A DNA stretch of 64,000 nt from Neocallimastix sp. 'constans' (GCA_050613775.1 JBODTK010000136.1:372001-436000); one strand, 5' to 3'. Numbered from the stretch's first letter, positions 42,925-63,998 are shown. Translations and numbers: made by a program. The notes: a model not told the origin generated them from the sequence alone.

Positions 42925-43457
42925 AATAATGTAAATCTAAAATAAGATTTAACATTATTTTATTATCAAATTTATATATTTTATTTATCTACCTATTTAT
43001 ATTTTAATGAACTATATATAGACATTTTAAATAGGAGAAGATATATATATATATATATTTTTTTTTAATAAAATTATAATTAAAAAATATATATACTAAC
43101 TTTTCATTTTATTTTTTATTTTTTTTTTTTTATCCAACAAACTCAACTTATAAAAAAAAAGTCTCTTTATATAAAAGAATGAATAAAATATAAATCTTTT
43201 TTTTTAAAGTTTTTTTTTTATTTTTTTTTTTATTTTTTTTTATTAATATTTAAATTAATATTTATTAAGTTTTATCTTTATAAATATATATATATATATA
43301 TATAATATAATTTTTAAAATTTAAAAAAAAAAAAAAAAAACTTATTTTTATTCTTATTTTATTAGACTGTTATTGATATGCGCAGTAATGATTATGCAAA
43401 GTTGGAATCATTGATTTTTAATACCTATAAAGATTAATAGGTTATAACTACTAAAGC

Positions 43458-43514
<57 letters not shown>

Positions 43515-43636
43515 AAATAAACAAACAAACAAACAAACAAACAAACAAATAAATAAATAAATAAAAATTAAACATAAGCAATAATAGTAAAAAAAAATGA
43601 AAATAAAAACAAAAAATGACATTAAATGTTGCTTTA

Positions 43637-43675
<39 letters not shown>

Positions 43676-43699
43676 CATTATTAAACTTTTTTTTTTCTA

Positions 43700-44450
43700 A
43701 ACTTTTACAGCCACAATGTAAATATTCAATAATTTTACCTTCTTCCAATTTATCCTTGGGAACACGATAGATACAGGTCATTCCAAAATTGATATCTCGT
43801 TTCTGAATACATCAAAGACAACATAAATTTTCAAATCCAGGTTATAATAATTTTTATTTATTTTTTTTGTTAATATTTTAAATTTATATTAATTTTTTAA
43901 TTTAATATTTTATAATATTTAAATATTTTGAATTTATATTTTTTTTAATTTATGATTTTATAATATTTAAATATTTAAATTAATATTTCAATATTTGTAC
44001 AGTTAAAGATGATATGATATGATATGATATGATATATATATATATGTAGAAAGCAATAGTAATAATAAATTATTATAAAATTTAAAAATAAAAATATGTT
44101 AATATCATTTTCTTAAATTATTATTACATATTATAATTATTATATTATATTTTATATTTTAAATTTTATTTTCAATATTTATATATATATTATATATTAT
44201 ATATATATACACAAATACATTAACAAAGATATATTACCTTTTTTCATTTAGCAATGAGTGCTGCATCTCCATAACTTTCTTTTAAACAATAATTATTATA
44301 GAGTGCTCTTGATATGGCCTTTCTCTTATAAAACATATCATATATATTAAAACATATCATATATATAACGGGAACGTTGATTATGAATTCTGAAAATCGG
44401 CCATAATGATTCTGTTTTTCTTTTTCCTTCATGGGATTCATTTTCAGCTG
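43700..44450 (-). pseudogene. BUD31: BUD31/G10 splicing factor pseudogene (non-processed, 5'-truncated)
   Basis: Reads [28 protein letters not shown][duplication, frameshift][35 protein letters not shown] / [46 protein letters not shown]. It has two in-frame stops, a lost acceptor AG at ~43843 and Cys-to-Tyr changes. Confidence 0.92.
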
Positions 44451-44469
44451 CTATTGATAGAAATATTTA

Positions 44470-44536
<67 letters not shown>

Positions 44537-44674
44537 ATCAATAAATAAATAAATCAATAAATAAATAAATCAATAAATCAATAAATAAATCAATAAATCA
44601 ATCAATCAATCAATAAATAAATAACAATAATAATAATAATACTAATTGATATAATAATTCCCATAAATATAATA

Positions 44675-44711
<37 letters not shown>

Positions 44712-44962
44712 TTTCGAAGAAATAATAATATAAAAAAAAAAAAGTTTTAATTAAAAAAAATGATCGATCATTATAAAATCAAATAATCAAATATAATTTT
44801 TTATAAATATTAAATATTAAATATTAAATTTATTTTTTAATTTTTTTAATTTTTTAATTTTTTAATTTTTTTTTTTTTTTTTTAATTTTTTAATTTTTTA
44901 ATTTATCATTTTTTAATTTTTTAATTTTTTAATTTCTATAAATTAAAATGATGAATTTAAAG

Positions 44963-44994
<32 letters not shown>

Positions 44995-45475
44995 CAAATT
45001 ATTCGAATATAGAAAGGATGAAGATGATGCGGAATATAAAGTTAATATTAGTAATGAAAAATGAATTTACTAAAAAAAATATATGAAAATAACATATATA
45101 TATACGATATAAAATTTAAACCGAAAAAAAAAAGGATTAATATTTATAATTTTTTTATATCTACGAATTATATATTTTTAATAGATATTATTATTATAAT
45201 TATAAAAATATTTTTACAATATCTATTATTAATGAAGATAATAATAATAGCAATAATAAAAAATATTATTATTTAAATATTATTAATGATATTAATAACA
45301 TTATTGTTAATAGGCAAGTATTATAGTAACAAGCTATAATAAATTTACTCTGAAAAAATATATTGTGAAAATAATATATATATAAAAATGAAATAATAAA
45401 AAAATTTAAACCAAGAAAAAAAAAAAGGTCATATTTTTTTATATTAATCAAATATTTTCAGCACATAATACTCTA

Positions 45476-45523
<48 letters not shown>

Positions 45524-46863
45524 CATAACCTTATTAATGAAAATAATAATAATATTCAAGTATTAACTATGTATAAGTTATATATTATTATTATTATAAT
45601 TATTTTCATTATTTTAATTTTCATTATTTTTATTCATTTTTTAACAGAAGAAGATATTATATATAATCAAATGTTTATGATAATACATATAATGGCTTTT
45701 ATAACCAAAAAATAATACAAACTAAAATAGATGTAAAACGACATATTATACAACATATATGCTACAATATTCATGTTATAAATCATAATCGTAGTATTAG
45801 ATACATGTAATTACATTTTAACTTCTCATTGTTCTTATGTTATGAACTTCGTATCTAACACATTTCACATTTGCAGTTTGGAATATTTATAGAAATATGA
45901 TGTATTGCACCGAATAATACTACTTAGAGGCTCAGACCTTATTCATAGTCTATAGTTCGCTCAATTCCTTCCAGCGTACTTTATTCTCTATGCTCAGCAA
46001 TACAATTTAATTAACTGAATATACCTATTTTTATTTTCATTACATTTTATATCATTTATTTCATTTTATTTCATTTTATATATTAATTTATAATATATTT
46101 ATTTAATATTATCAATTTAATAAATTCTATAATAATTATTGATTATTTTTCACAACTTCAAATTTCAAATTTCAAATTTCAAATTATTTTTTTTTATTTT
46201 TTTTTTTTTCAAAATTCAAATCAATTTTGAATCACTTTTCATTTTAATATTTAAATCTCCTTTAAATGAATAAACAATTATTTTTATCAAATATAAAATT
46301 TTATAATTTATTATTATAATAATTATTATTATAATTATTATTTATTTATTCTTAACGATTCCTAATTTATTATTATTATTACCTACGGTTTATAATTTAT
46401 TTATATGATATTTAATATTTATTTTTTTTAATATTATATAATTAAATAATACATTATTTATTTATAATTATTTACTGTTTGTATAATTAACTATTATATC
46501 AGAAATAGTACTATTATTTTCTTTTTTAAGAATAATTATTGATAAATATTGTTACCATAATTTTAGTTATTGTTTTATTAAAATCATAATTATTTATTAT
46601 CATAATTACTAATATTATACTTGACTATGTAATATATATTATTTATATATTTTTTTTTTTTTTGGAAGTAACAAAATAGGGGCTTAATTTTGAAATGAAC
46701 TTTAAAAAAAAAAAAATTATAAATAGTATAATTTTATTATAATTATAATTATCAATATAATAAAAATATATTATTTATTTAAATATAAATAAATTATGTC
46801 TTATTTTTTATGTCTTATTTTTTTTTGTATTTAAAATTAATAATATTCATATATTTAAAAATA

Positions 46864-46936
<73 letters not shown>

Positions 46937-47266
46937 CACTCCTTAAAAAGTAATATATATATATATAATTGTAATAAAAACTGATATCTTTTTTTTTTTT
47001 TTTTTATTAGTCTTTTTTATTTTTCAAAATAACATATTAATATATATAAAAAACTTTTTTTTTGTTCTTATTTTTAATTTTAAGAGAAAATACTATCCCA
47101 TTGTTATTATAATAGTTATAAATATATATATATACATATAAAAACATGAATAATAAATATATTAATTAAAAAAATATATAAATAATATAAGCTTTTATTC
47201 TTTTAATAGTTTAATTAATTTAAAAAAAAAAAAAAAAATTAAAAATATATATAAAAAAATATAAAC

Positions 47267-47620
47267 ATGGACAAATTAAATAATCAAGCTAAAAGAGAAG
47301 CTAAGAAGAAAATAGATCTGTTAATAGGACATTCATTTAAAATAATTTGTAAAGCATTGATAAATTTATTGGATAATGTAAAAATCAACACACATATAAT
47401 ATTCACACATATATATATAAACTAAAATGAAATTTATTATTAAAGATTGTATATTCATAATATAAAGAGTTTATACAATATTAACAATATTATATATTAT
47501 CTATTAATTTATAATTATTGTTATAATCATTAATTATAAATTTAAAGGGAAAAACATTGTATAGAGAAAAAAGATTCGAGCATTCTTATGTTCAGTATAT
47601 GAGTGTTGTAAAGTTAGTTC

Positions 47621-47660
<40 letters not shown>

Positions 47661-49293
47661 TATATATATATATAAAACTTTTTATGGGATAATTAATTAA
47701 AAAATGTTTAATTTTTAATTTGAAATGTACATATATATTCAACAATTAGTATTTATTCCGATGAATTACCAAAATTAAAAAATTATGATATGAATATATC
47801 AGAGTATAAAATTTTAATGAATGTTAGTATATTTTTAAATTACTAAATAAAAGTGGTTTATTTAGTACTATAATTTATTATTTTTATTATTTTTTTTATG
47901 GAAATTTCTTATAATATTAATATATATATATATACATTTTTTTTTTTTTTTGGTTTATTATAAATTTATATATAAATATTTATCTACAAAAACATTTTTA
48001 AATAATCAATATTATACAGGAATTGGATTCAGCCTGCAATATAATAGAAGAAATAAAAAGAATACTTCAAGAAAGAGAAAATAATGGTCTTATTCTTCGT
48101 ACCCAATCAAATTCGGAAATAGAAAATAATGAAAATAAGACTTATAATAGGGAAGTATCCTATAATTGTCGTAATGTTGAATCACCACCACCAGAGGAAT
48201 CTTTATCATCACCAGAATCATCCATACTATCATCAGAACAAGAAGAACCCTTAAAGTCAACAACCTCTGAAGTACCTTCATCATTACCCCAATCAGCTTC
48301 TCGTAATCACTCTACCTCTGAAATACCAACATCATTATCCCAATCAGCTTCTCGTAATCACTCAACTTCTGATGTATATACATCAATACCACGATCAACT
48401 CCTCGTACGCAATCTGCCTCTGTAGTACCGACATCAATGCCTCGATCAATTCCTTGTACTCCGTCAGGGAATATAAAAACAACTAAAACCAGATCAATAA
48501 CTAAGAAAACTATTCCTCCTCAACTGGTATTAAAATATATAGCAAGAATGAATTCTGGTGAGGAACAAAATCCTCCTCAAATCATATTAATTGATATTAG
48601 AGAACCAAAAGATTATCATTCTGGCCATATTTATTGGAAAAATAATTCAAATTTGTATTTCAATGGTGTTATCAATATACCACTAAAGACCTTCTATAGG
48701 TAAAGAAGAAAATTTTATTATTATTATTATTACTATTACTATTATTGTTATTGTTATTATTATTGTTATTATTATTATTGTTATTATAATTATTTTTAAT
48801 TTAAAGTTATTATTTATTTATTCATTAATTTATTTATTTTTATTAATACATTTAAATTTTTTAATTGATGAATATATTATAATTAATCATGAAACTAATA
48901 TAAATAATTTATATGATATTATAACCATTTCTTATCCTAATTATTATCAATATTGTCATTATTATCAAGTTCTAACACGAATATGAAAAAATTAATTAGT
49001 GAGGCTGAAAGTTTAGAAATAGAAATGAAGAAAAAGGCACTTATAAGATCCATATGTAAAGCTGATTTGATTATTTATTATGATTTTAGTTCTGATGTTA
49101 CCAATAATGAATTACATCAAATTATTCCAGATACTCTATTCAATTCAAATAATGATAAGAGAATTAAGAGACCACCAGTAATGCTGGAATATGGATATAA
49201 TGGTTGGGTACAATATATAAATAGTTTAGGAAAAAATATATCTGATTGGGTTGAAGTAGATCATAAATAAATAAAATTAATAATAATAACAAC

Positions 49294-49327
<34 letters not shown>

Positions 49328-49616
49328 TATATATATACATATTAAAAATGAAAATAAAATAAGAATAAGAATTAGAATAATAGTAATAGTAAAAATAAGA
49401 ATACGAATAAGAATAAAATAATTAATTATATAAACAATCATATAAATAATCATATTAACAAATAAATAATAATAGTATTAGAGCGTTGACGTTAAAACGA
49501 TAAGGAAAAGAAGAATTTCTGATACAGATTCGAATGATAATTTTTATTCACATGGATTTATCATCGATATATGGGAAAAGTTAGAGACCACTTCATTCTC
49601 GAAACTCATAACATAG
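47267..49616 (+). CDS. USP8/Doa4-like paralogue with N-terminal MIT-like and rhodanese domains but no USP catalytic domain; exons 47267-47377, 47548-47612, 47750-47822, 48020-48699, 48970-49255 (or to the stop at 49270), 49482-49616
   Basis: Its first five exons match the phases and motifs of the downstream USP gene (PPQIILIDIREPKDYHSGHI, RPPVMLEYGYNGW). No Cys or His box follows. Confidence 0.8.
48263..48466 (+). repeat. Four in-frame 51-bp (17-aa) Ser/Thr/Pro-rich repeats
   Basis: TSEVPSSLPQSASRNHS / TSEIPTSLSQSASRNHS / TSDVYTSIPRSTPRTQS / ASVVPTSMPRSIPCTPS. Confidence 0.85.
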
Positions 49617-49671
49617 TTTTTTTTTTTTTTTTTTTAAATATTAATGTGAACAATTTTCATGTATTTTATTT

Positions 49672-49718
<47 letters not shown>

Positions 49719-50152
49719 AATATTATTAAATAAAGTTTTTTCCATGTTGAAAAAATAAAAAATATTAATAGTATTATAAATATAAATAATAATAATTTAT
49801 TAACACTTTTTTTTTTTTTTTATTTTATTTTATTTTATTATTATTATCTTTATTTTAATATATTTTAACTTATATATTTCTATATAATAATATTGAAAAT
49901 TAATTTTAAATGAAATATTCTATACATTATTTTATTGAAATTTATATATTTATATATATAAAATAAATTAATAAAAATTTTATTAATTTTTCATCAATTA
50001 TTTAAATGTATATATATATATATATATATCTATATATATTTTTTATTTTTTTTTTAAGAAACAAAAAAACAAAAATTGAATGTAAAATTACATTAAAAGT
50101 AAAAATAAATGTTGTCAATGGAAATATTAAATATTTAAAGAATTATATTTTT

Positions 50153-50189
<37 letters not shown>

Positions 50190-50314
50190 AATATTTTCTC
50201 TCTTTTAGACTTTTTTTAATTTCTATAACTATTTATATATTTGAATTTTTACATTTTGGTTATAATATATATATATATATAAATAAAATAAAATAAAATA
50301 AAATAAATAAATAA

Positions 50315-50347
<33 letters not shown>

Positions 50348-50653
50348 ATTATTAATATTTATAATAATTCGAAAATGACTATCCTTCTTTCATATATATT
50401 TTTTATTATGCTAAATTAACCAAATATATATATATATATCATCTAAATATTTTTTTATGGAGAAATCAATTAATTGAAATAGAAATTTCATAAAAAAATT
50501 TTAATAAGAAGATAAATAAAGTAAAATAAAATAAATAAAAAGAAAAATTCAGAGAACTTTCTATAAAAGTATATGATACATTATTAAAACAAAGGAAAAA
50601 AAAAAGGATTTAATATTTTAACAATAAAGAAGAAATCAAAATAAAACAAAACA

Positions 50654-50686
<33 letters not shown>

Positions 50687-50870
50687 AAAAAAACATTTAT
50701 ATAAATATATAATATATATAATATAAATATATATATATATTTTATTTTTATTTTTATTTTTATTTTTTTTTTTTTTTTTTTTTTCTGTATTAACAGAAAG
50801 TATTAATAATTTCAGAATTTTTTTTTTTTTTCTAAAAGTAAAAATAGTATTAAACAAATAAAAGTGAATA

Positions 50871-50936
<66 letters not shown>

Positions 50937-51023
50937 TAATAAGGAAGACTTATTGAAAGAAAGAAAATATAGAGTTAAAAAATATAATCTTGTTGAAGCA
51001 TTTAAATCATTAGTTAAGAGTAA

Positions 51024-51066
<43 letters not shown>

Positions 51067-51086
51067 GCTACTACTACTACTACTAC

Positions 51087-56637
<5,551 letters not shown>

Positions 56638-56744
56638 TTAAAATTTTCAAATAATTTTATAATTTTTTTTCTTTTGTTTTTTTTTTTATTCTACCTTTAA
56701 TCTTTTATTTTATCAATAATAATAACAATAATAATAATAATAAC

Positions 56745-56881
<137 letters not shown>

Positions 56882-57417
56882 TAATAATGATAATATAATG
56901 ATAATAATGATAATAATAATAGTGTGCAAATATTTTTAATTAATAATAATTTTATTATTAATTATTATTATTACCTTATTTTATTTTATTACTATTTATT
57001 TTACTATATTTCTATTATTACTAATTATTTTTTTATCTACTAAAGATTTTCCTTTAAAAAAAAAAAAAAATCAATATTTAATGATTAATTATGAATAAAA
57101 TAAAATTAACCAAAATCAAAAATATTTTTAATACGATATTAATAATAATACTAATTCAATTCCCAATTTAAATCATTTTAACCTATACTGAATAAATTAA
57201 TAATAATAATAAAATAAGCACTATATTATTAATATAAATTTTCATATTTTATAGTTAATAGATCATAATTATACATATATAAAAAAAATAATAAAAATTA
57301 AAAAAATAAAAAAAGGAAAATAAATATATATATTAAATAAATAATTTATCAATGACTTCTTTTTTTTTTTTTTTTTTTAATTATTTAAGGGTTTTTTATT
57401 TATTTTATATTATGGTC

Positions 57418-57468
<51 letters not shown>

Positions 57469-57819
57469 TTAAAAAAATTAAACTTAGACTTAAAAATTAT
57501 AATATTTATATAATAAAGATTGGTATTTTTCTAATAGTGAATTTATAAATAGATAAAAAAATTAGTAACTAATGATAGTGATGATGGCTCTAATAAAAAC
57601 AATAATAATTAAATAATTGAATAAATAAATATATATAGCAAATAAAATGTTGAAAAAAAAATTTTTAATTCGTATTATAATAATTTATAACAGATGATTA
57701 TGATTATTTATATATATATATATAAAAAAAAAAAAAAAAAAGCAATATCAATATTTTGATTTTTTTTTTTTTTCTTTCATTTTCTTTCATTTTCTTTTTT
57801 TTTTTTCATTTTATTCTAT

Positions 57820-60036
57820 TTACTTTTTAAATCCTCTACCACTTCCACTTCTATTAGAAGAGAAAGATGATCTATTTCCATAGCTACTACCTCCAAAGGA
57901 TGATGATCTACCTCCAAATGAAGAAGATCTACCACCAAAAGAGGATGATCTTCCACGATCACCACCACGATTACCATTACCACCATAGGATGATCTACCA
58001 CGATCACCACCACGGTTGCCACCAAATGAACGACCACCATTATTATTATAACCAAATGAGGCTGTACTGTTAGCGCCATGAGATTCCATAAGTTCTGGAA
58101 GGGTCTTTGGAATTTCTAAAGTAATAGTTTCACTGTCATGCCATTCAATCTTATTAATTCTAATATTTGTAGCTGTACCATCTTCATTGGTATCATATTC
58201 TACCTTCTTTTCATCAAGATCGACTACAACACCACGACTATCCTTACACATTCTCCATCTACGAGTGAATTCTGGATTAATACCTGGATATCTTCTATCA
58301 AACATAGAACGAATATAACCGGGATTTCTAATTTCATGAGCAATCTTAAAGAAGAGCGTAACATAACCTTCTTCAGATGACATTAAACTTCTTGAAGATA
58401 ATGGCTTTGTAGTGTTACACATGTAAGCAATACAAGCAGAAATAGAGTTAATAGCATCCCCATTATAACGTTCTAATAATTCCTTTGCGGTATCCTTAAA
58501 ATAGTTAAGAACTTGTGGTGAAATTTCTTGACTTAAAGTTTCACACATATTTGAAGCTTGAGCTGCAATGATATCGGATGGTTGTGGAGCAGAAACCATA
58601 GTAAACTTTAAACCAGTCTTCTTTTGAATAATATTAAGCATATATTCCTGACTTTGCTTGTAGAAAGTAACACAAGTACCTGATCTACCAGCACGACCAG
58701 TACGACCTGAACGATGAATGTAAGATTCAATATCAGATGGAGGTTCACAATTAATAACTAAATCTACTTCTGGAATATCTAAACCACGAGCCATAACGTT
58801 AGTAGCAATTAAACATTTGAATTTACCATCTCTGAAACCTTTTAAAGTAATTTCACGTTGCTTTTGAACAATATCACCATGAATAACTTGAGTGTAAGAC
58901 TTTAATTTATCATTCAAGGCTAATTCATTGGCTTCACTCTTAGTTTCAACAAAAATAATGGTACGACTATCGTTTCCCTTACCATAAACAGCAACAATAT
59001 CACCAATAATGTTTGAACGATTTTGCCATGTACTTGGTATAGCATAATGGTTTACAGTTTCACTAGTCTTCAATTTTTGTGAACCAACTAAATCAATTGT
59101 TTTCATGTTTGGTCTCATATATTTCTTAATGGCTTTGTTTACCCAATCTGGAACAGTAGCCGAGAATAAAAGAGTTTGATGAACAGGAGCATTTGGAACT
59201 TCCTTCTTTTGTTCTTGTACCATTTGAAGAACTTTATCCATATATTCAGCAAAACCAATATCTAACATTTGATCAGCTTCATCCATAACTAAAAATTGTA
59301 AATCATGAAGTTTAAGGGAACCTCTTTCAATATGATCAATAATTCTACCTGGAGTACCAACAACAGCATCTAAACCTTTAGAAATAGCATTAATTTGTGG
59401 GTCATATGGGACACCACCATAGATAGTATATACTTCAAAATCTTTACCACATAAATATTCTAATTCTTTACCACTTTGAGAAGCTAATTCACGAGTTGGA
59501 GCCATAACTAAAATTTTTGGAGCTCTTCTACGAATATGGAATTGTCCTGGGTTTTCATTTTTCATATTAATTAAAGTTTGAACCATTGGTAAACAGAAAG
59601 CTAATGTTTTACCAGTACCAGTTCTAGCTCTACCTAAAACATCAAAACCATCTAAAATTGGTTTCATTGTAGCAGCTTGAATTGGGAAAAGTGATTTGAT
59701 ATTATGTTTTTCAAGACGAGCAACAATGGCTTTGTCAAGATTATATGTTTCAAAACGATTTTCTTTTGGAATTTCATTTTCTTCTTTTGATTCAGCAGAA
59801 GAATTACTATTGTTGCTACTAGTTTCATCTTGATTTTCATGTTTTTCTTCTTTAACTTCTTTCTTTTCTTTTTTTTCCTTTTTTTCCTTTTTTTCCTTCT
59901 TTTCTTTCTTACTCTTTTTATCTTTTTTATCTTTTTTATCTTTCTTTTCGGTTTTAACCTTTTTGACTTTAACTAATTCTTCTTCATCTTCTCTCTTTTC
60001 TTCTTCTAATAATTCTCTCTTTAAAACACCTGGCAT
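57820..60036 (-). CDS. DDX21: Nucleolar DEAD-box RNA helicase, DDX21/DDX50-like, with GUCT-like region and RGG/FGGRSSS tail; intronless
   Basis: LFPIQ, ARTGTGKTLAF, PTRELA, TPGR, DEAD, SAT, ARGLDIPEVD and YIHRSGRTGRAGR, plus a Lys-rich N-terminus and Gly/Arg-rich C-terminus. Confidence 0.92.
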   Translation of the reverse strand: MPGVLKRELLEEEKREDEEELVKVKKVKTEKKDKKDKKDKKSKKEKKEKKEKKEKKEKKEVKEEKHENQDETSSNNSNSSAESKEENEIPKENRFETYNLDKAIVARLEKHNIKSLFPIQAATMKPILDGFDVLGRARTGTGKTLAFCLPMVQTLINMKNENPGQFHIRRRAPKILVMAPTRELASQSGKELEYLCGKDFEVYTIYGGVPYDPQINAISKGLDAVVGTPGRIIDHIERGSLKLHDLQFLVMDEADQMLDIGFAEYMDKVLQMVQEQKKEVPNAPVHQTLLFSATVPDWVNKAIKKYMRPNMKTIDLVGSQKLKTSETVNHYAIPSTWQNRSNIIGDIVAVYGKGNDSRTIIFVETKSEANELALNDKLKSYTQVIHGDIVQKQREITLKGFRDGKFKCLIATNVMARGLDIPEVDLVINCEPPSDIESYIHRSGRTGRAGRSGTCVTFYKQSQEYMLNIIQKKTGLKFTMVSAPQPSDIIAAQASNMCETLSQEISPQVLNYFKDTAKELLERYNGDAINSISACIAYMCNTTKPLSSRSLMSSEEGYVTLFFKIAHEIRNPGYIRSMFDRRYPGINPEFTRRWRMCKDSRGVVVDLDEKKVEYDTNEDGTATNIRINKIEWHDSETITLEIPKTLPELMESHGANSTASFGYNNNGGRSFGGNRGGDRGRSSYGGNGNRGGDRGRSSSFGGRSSSFGGRSSSFGGSSYGNRSSFSSNRSGSGRGFKK

Positions 60037-60801
60037 TTTGATATAATTATATTAAGTCTATGTTTAAATAAATAATTTAATAAATAATTTAAAACTATAA
60101 CAATAAAATCTAAAATAAAAAAAATATTATTCTTTAAAATATATTATTGAATTATATATTTTATAATATTAAATATTAAATATATTAATATTTTGTTATG
60201 AATTAAAAACCCTTAATTATATAATTCTTTTTTGAAATATTTTGTGCAAAGAAAAAAAAATTTTTTTTTTTTTTTTTTTATTTTTTTTTTAATAAATATA
60301 AACTTTATTATTTAATTATTTTAATTAATATATTTAAAATTAAAAATTCTTTATTTAAAAAAAATATGGTTGGTTCTTCGATTTTCTACCAATCATAATC
60401 TAGTATTTTATTTTTTTAAAAAAATTTTTTATTCTTTTTTTTTTTTTAAATTTTAAAAATTATTAAATTACAAAGAAAAAATAATTTCAAAAATATTAAA
60501 TATGTTTATATTTTAATATTTTATATTATTAAACCGCTTATATTATATTTTTATTATAATCTTTATATTAAAATAAATAATAATTAATATATTACAAATT
60601 AATTATTTACAAATATTTAACTATAAAAAATATAAAATAGAATATTTTTTTCATATTTGTTTTTAGATTTTATCAATTATTTATACAATATTTAAATATT
60701 CTCATTAACAATGTGTTATGAAATTAAGAAAAAAAATTATAAATAAATAAAATACTACTGTAAAAAAATAAAATATAAAATATTATAATAAAATAATCAT
60801 A

Positions 60802-60876
<75 letters not shown>

Positions 60877-61325
60877 ACTACTAAAACAATTTAACAAAGA
60901 TAAATTTTTTATATAATAAAAGATAAATTATTAAAAATTATATTGATTTTATATACTAATATAAAATTTCTAAAAATAAAAAAAAAATATTAATATTGTT
61001 ATACGTTTTACAATGCAGTAATTTTATTATTACCCTTTAATATAACAATAAATTTTAATAAAATAAGCTAAAATATTTAAATATATTCAGGAAATGAAAA
61101 AAATTTTTAAGTGATAAATATTAATTTTATTGAATTTTTTTTTTTTTTAAATTTAAATATTAATATTTCCATATTAATTTATAATTTTTAATAAAAATAT
61201 ATATATAAAATAAAATCAAACTATTGAGTAAATAAATAATAATAATTTTTAATAATAATTTTTATTTATGAATTTTGTTTTTTATATGGTATGGTTATGA
61301 AAAATACAGCTTATTATTTTAAAAT

Positions 61326-61514
61326 GGGGAGAGTTGCATTTCACCATTTTTTTTGTTTTTCAATATAGTGTATTACATTAGAGTTATATTTCGAAAATTA
61401 AATACAAAATAAAAAAAAATTTATTTAATTTTTTTTTTATTTTGAATTTATGGAAAATGCAACTTCATATAATGCGCCACTTGACAAATTGCAACTTGGC
61501 GAAATACATTATTC
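61326..61514. mobile_element. MITE-like element with imperfect inverted ends
   Basis: ggggagagttgcatttcaccat at the left. Inverted matches atggaaaatgcaacttc (~61450) and tggcgaaatacattattc (~61497-61514) at the right. Confidence 0.5.
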
Positions 61515-63108
61515 AATTTTATATTTATATTTTTATATAAACATATAAAAATATAAATATAAAATATTTTAAACTTTTATTTTAAACTTTTATTTATGAT
61601 GTGAAGCAATGAATAGTTTTTTAAATAATTTTTAAGACAATAACATACTTAATTATTCATCAGCAAATTTAAAACTTTAATGAATCACTTGTAAACTATG
61701 TAAAAATTATTAATAATGATATTAAATATTATAATAAAATTAAATATATTATAAAGAATTATATGTTATATTAGTAAAAAAAAATTTTTAAAGCATTATA
61801 AATTATCAAATTATGTTCAATTTGAAAAAAAAAATAATTATTATTAGCCACTTCAATAACATACTTTATGCTTTCAGTATTTTCATTTAATTTTTAGACG
61901 TATACTTAAAATTTAAATTTTAGTCATTGAAAGTTTAATAATACATGTAGTGAAAAATATTATTCTAGTATAAAGTTATGTCTAATTGTTGAAACCACCA
62001 ATATTTGGACATAGTATATATTTTTTTTTAATTTGAAAACTATTAATAAACTATTAGTACTATGTATTAATTATATTACATTACTACAAAATACAAACAA
62101 TTTCCTAACAAATCAGTATCTTATATTTGATGAAAATTTTAATAATTAAATTCAACTTTTTTTTTTTTTTTTTTTTTTCATTTAAATTTTAATATTACAT
62201 TGAACCAAATGGAAACATTAATTTGTCTTGAAATGGTAAAAGAAAATTTATAATTTTAATAATAAATTAATGTTTCCATTAAATGCAAAGATAATTTTAA
62301 ATATTAAAGCAAATTAAGTAAATGTATTTATAATATGGATGATAATTTCATATAAATAATATTGGTTGATTGTTTTGTTTTACCAATAATCCTTATAGTA
62401 TTATCATTATTTCTATTAATTTTGGTTATGGTATAATGTCATTTTTTTATTTATTATATTATATTATTTCTCAATTATATTTATTATTTAAAATATTAAA
62501 AAGTTTCAATATAAATTATTATAGTGTGTATGTGTTTAATTTTTATTCCTTTATTAGAATAAAAATCATTCAGGATGAATATTAATAAGCTATTCAATCA
62601 ATATTTATATAAATAATTAAATTTAATAATATAAAAATTTATTTATAGTCACTAATTATTTGATGTTAAGTAATAATAATGAACTTTAAAAAAAGTATTT
62701 TAAAGTAATACAAATTAAAAAATTAATATATTATAATAATATATTATGAATACAATATAATTAATAAATTATGATAAATTTTCAATTTGTTAATAAGTTT
62801 AAAATAAAAGTTAAATTAATTTTCTTCTTTATTTATTTAAGCGAACAATAATTTTATAGATAATATACATTTTAAATTATATATATATATAAAAGAAAAG
62901 AAAATTTGAAATTATTGTAATTATATTATTTTATTAATTATTTATTATTATTTATTTTATTAAAAAAATATAATATATCAAATAATATATATAATTATAA
63001 ATATTTTTCTTTTTATTTCCAGTAGATTTTGAAATTAAAATATTGTTTGAAATATTAAATATTTAAATGTTTGGTTATTTTATTTTTTTCCTGATAATAG
63101 ATAAAAAG

Positions 63109-63998
<890 letters not shown>

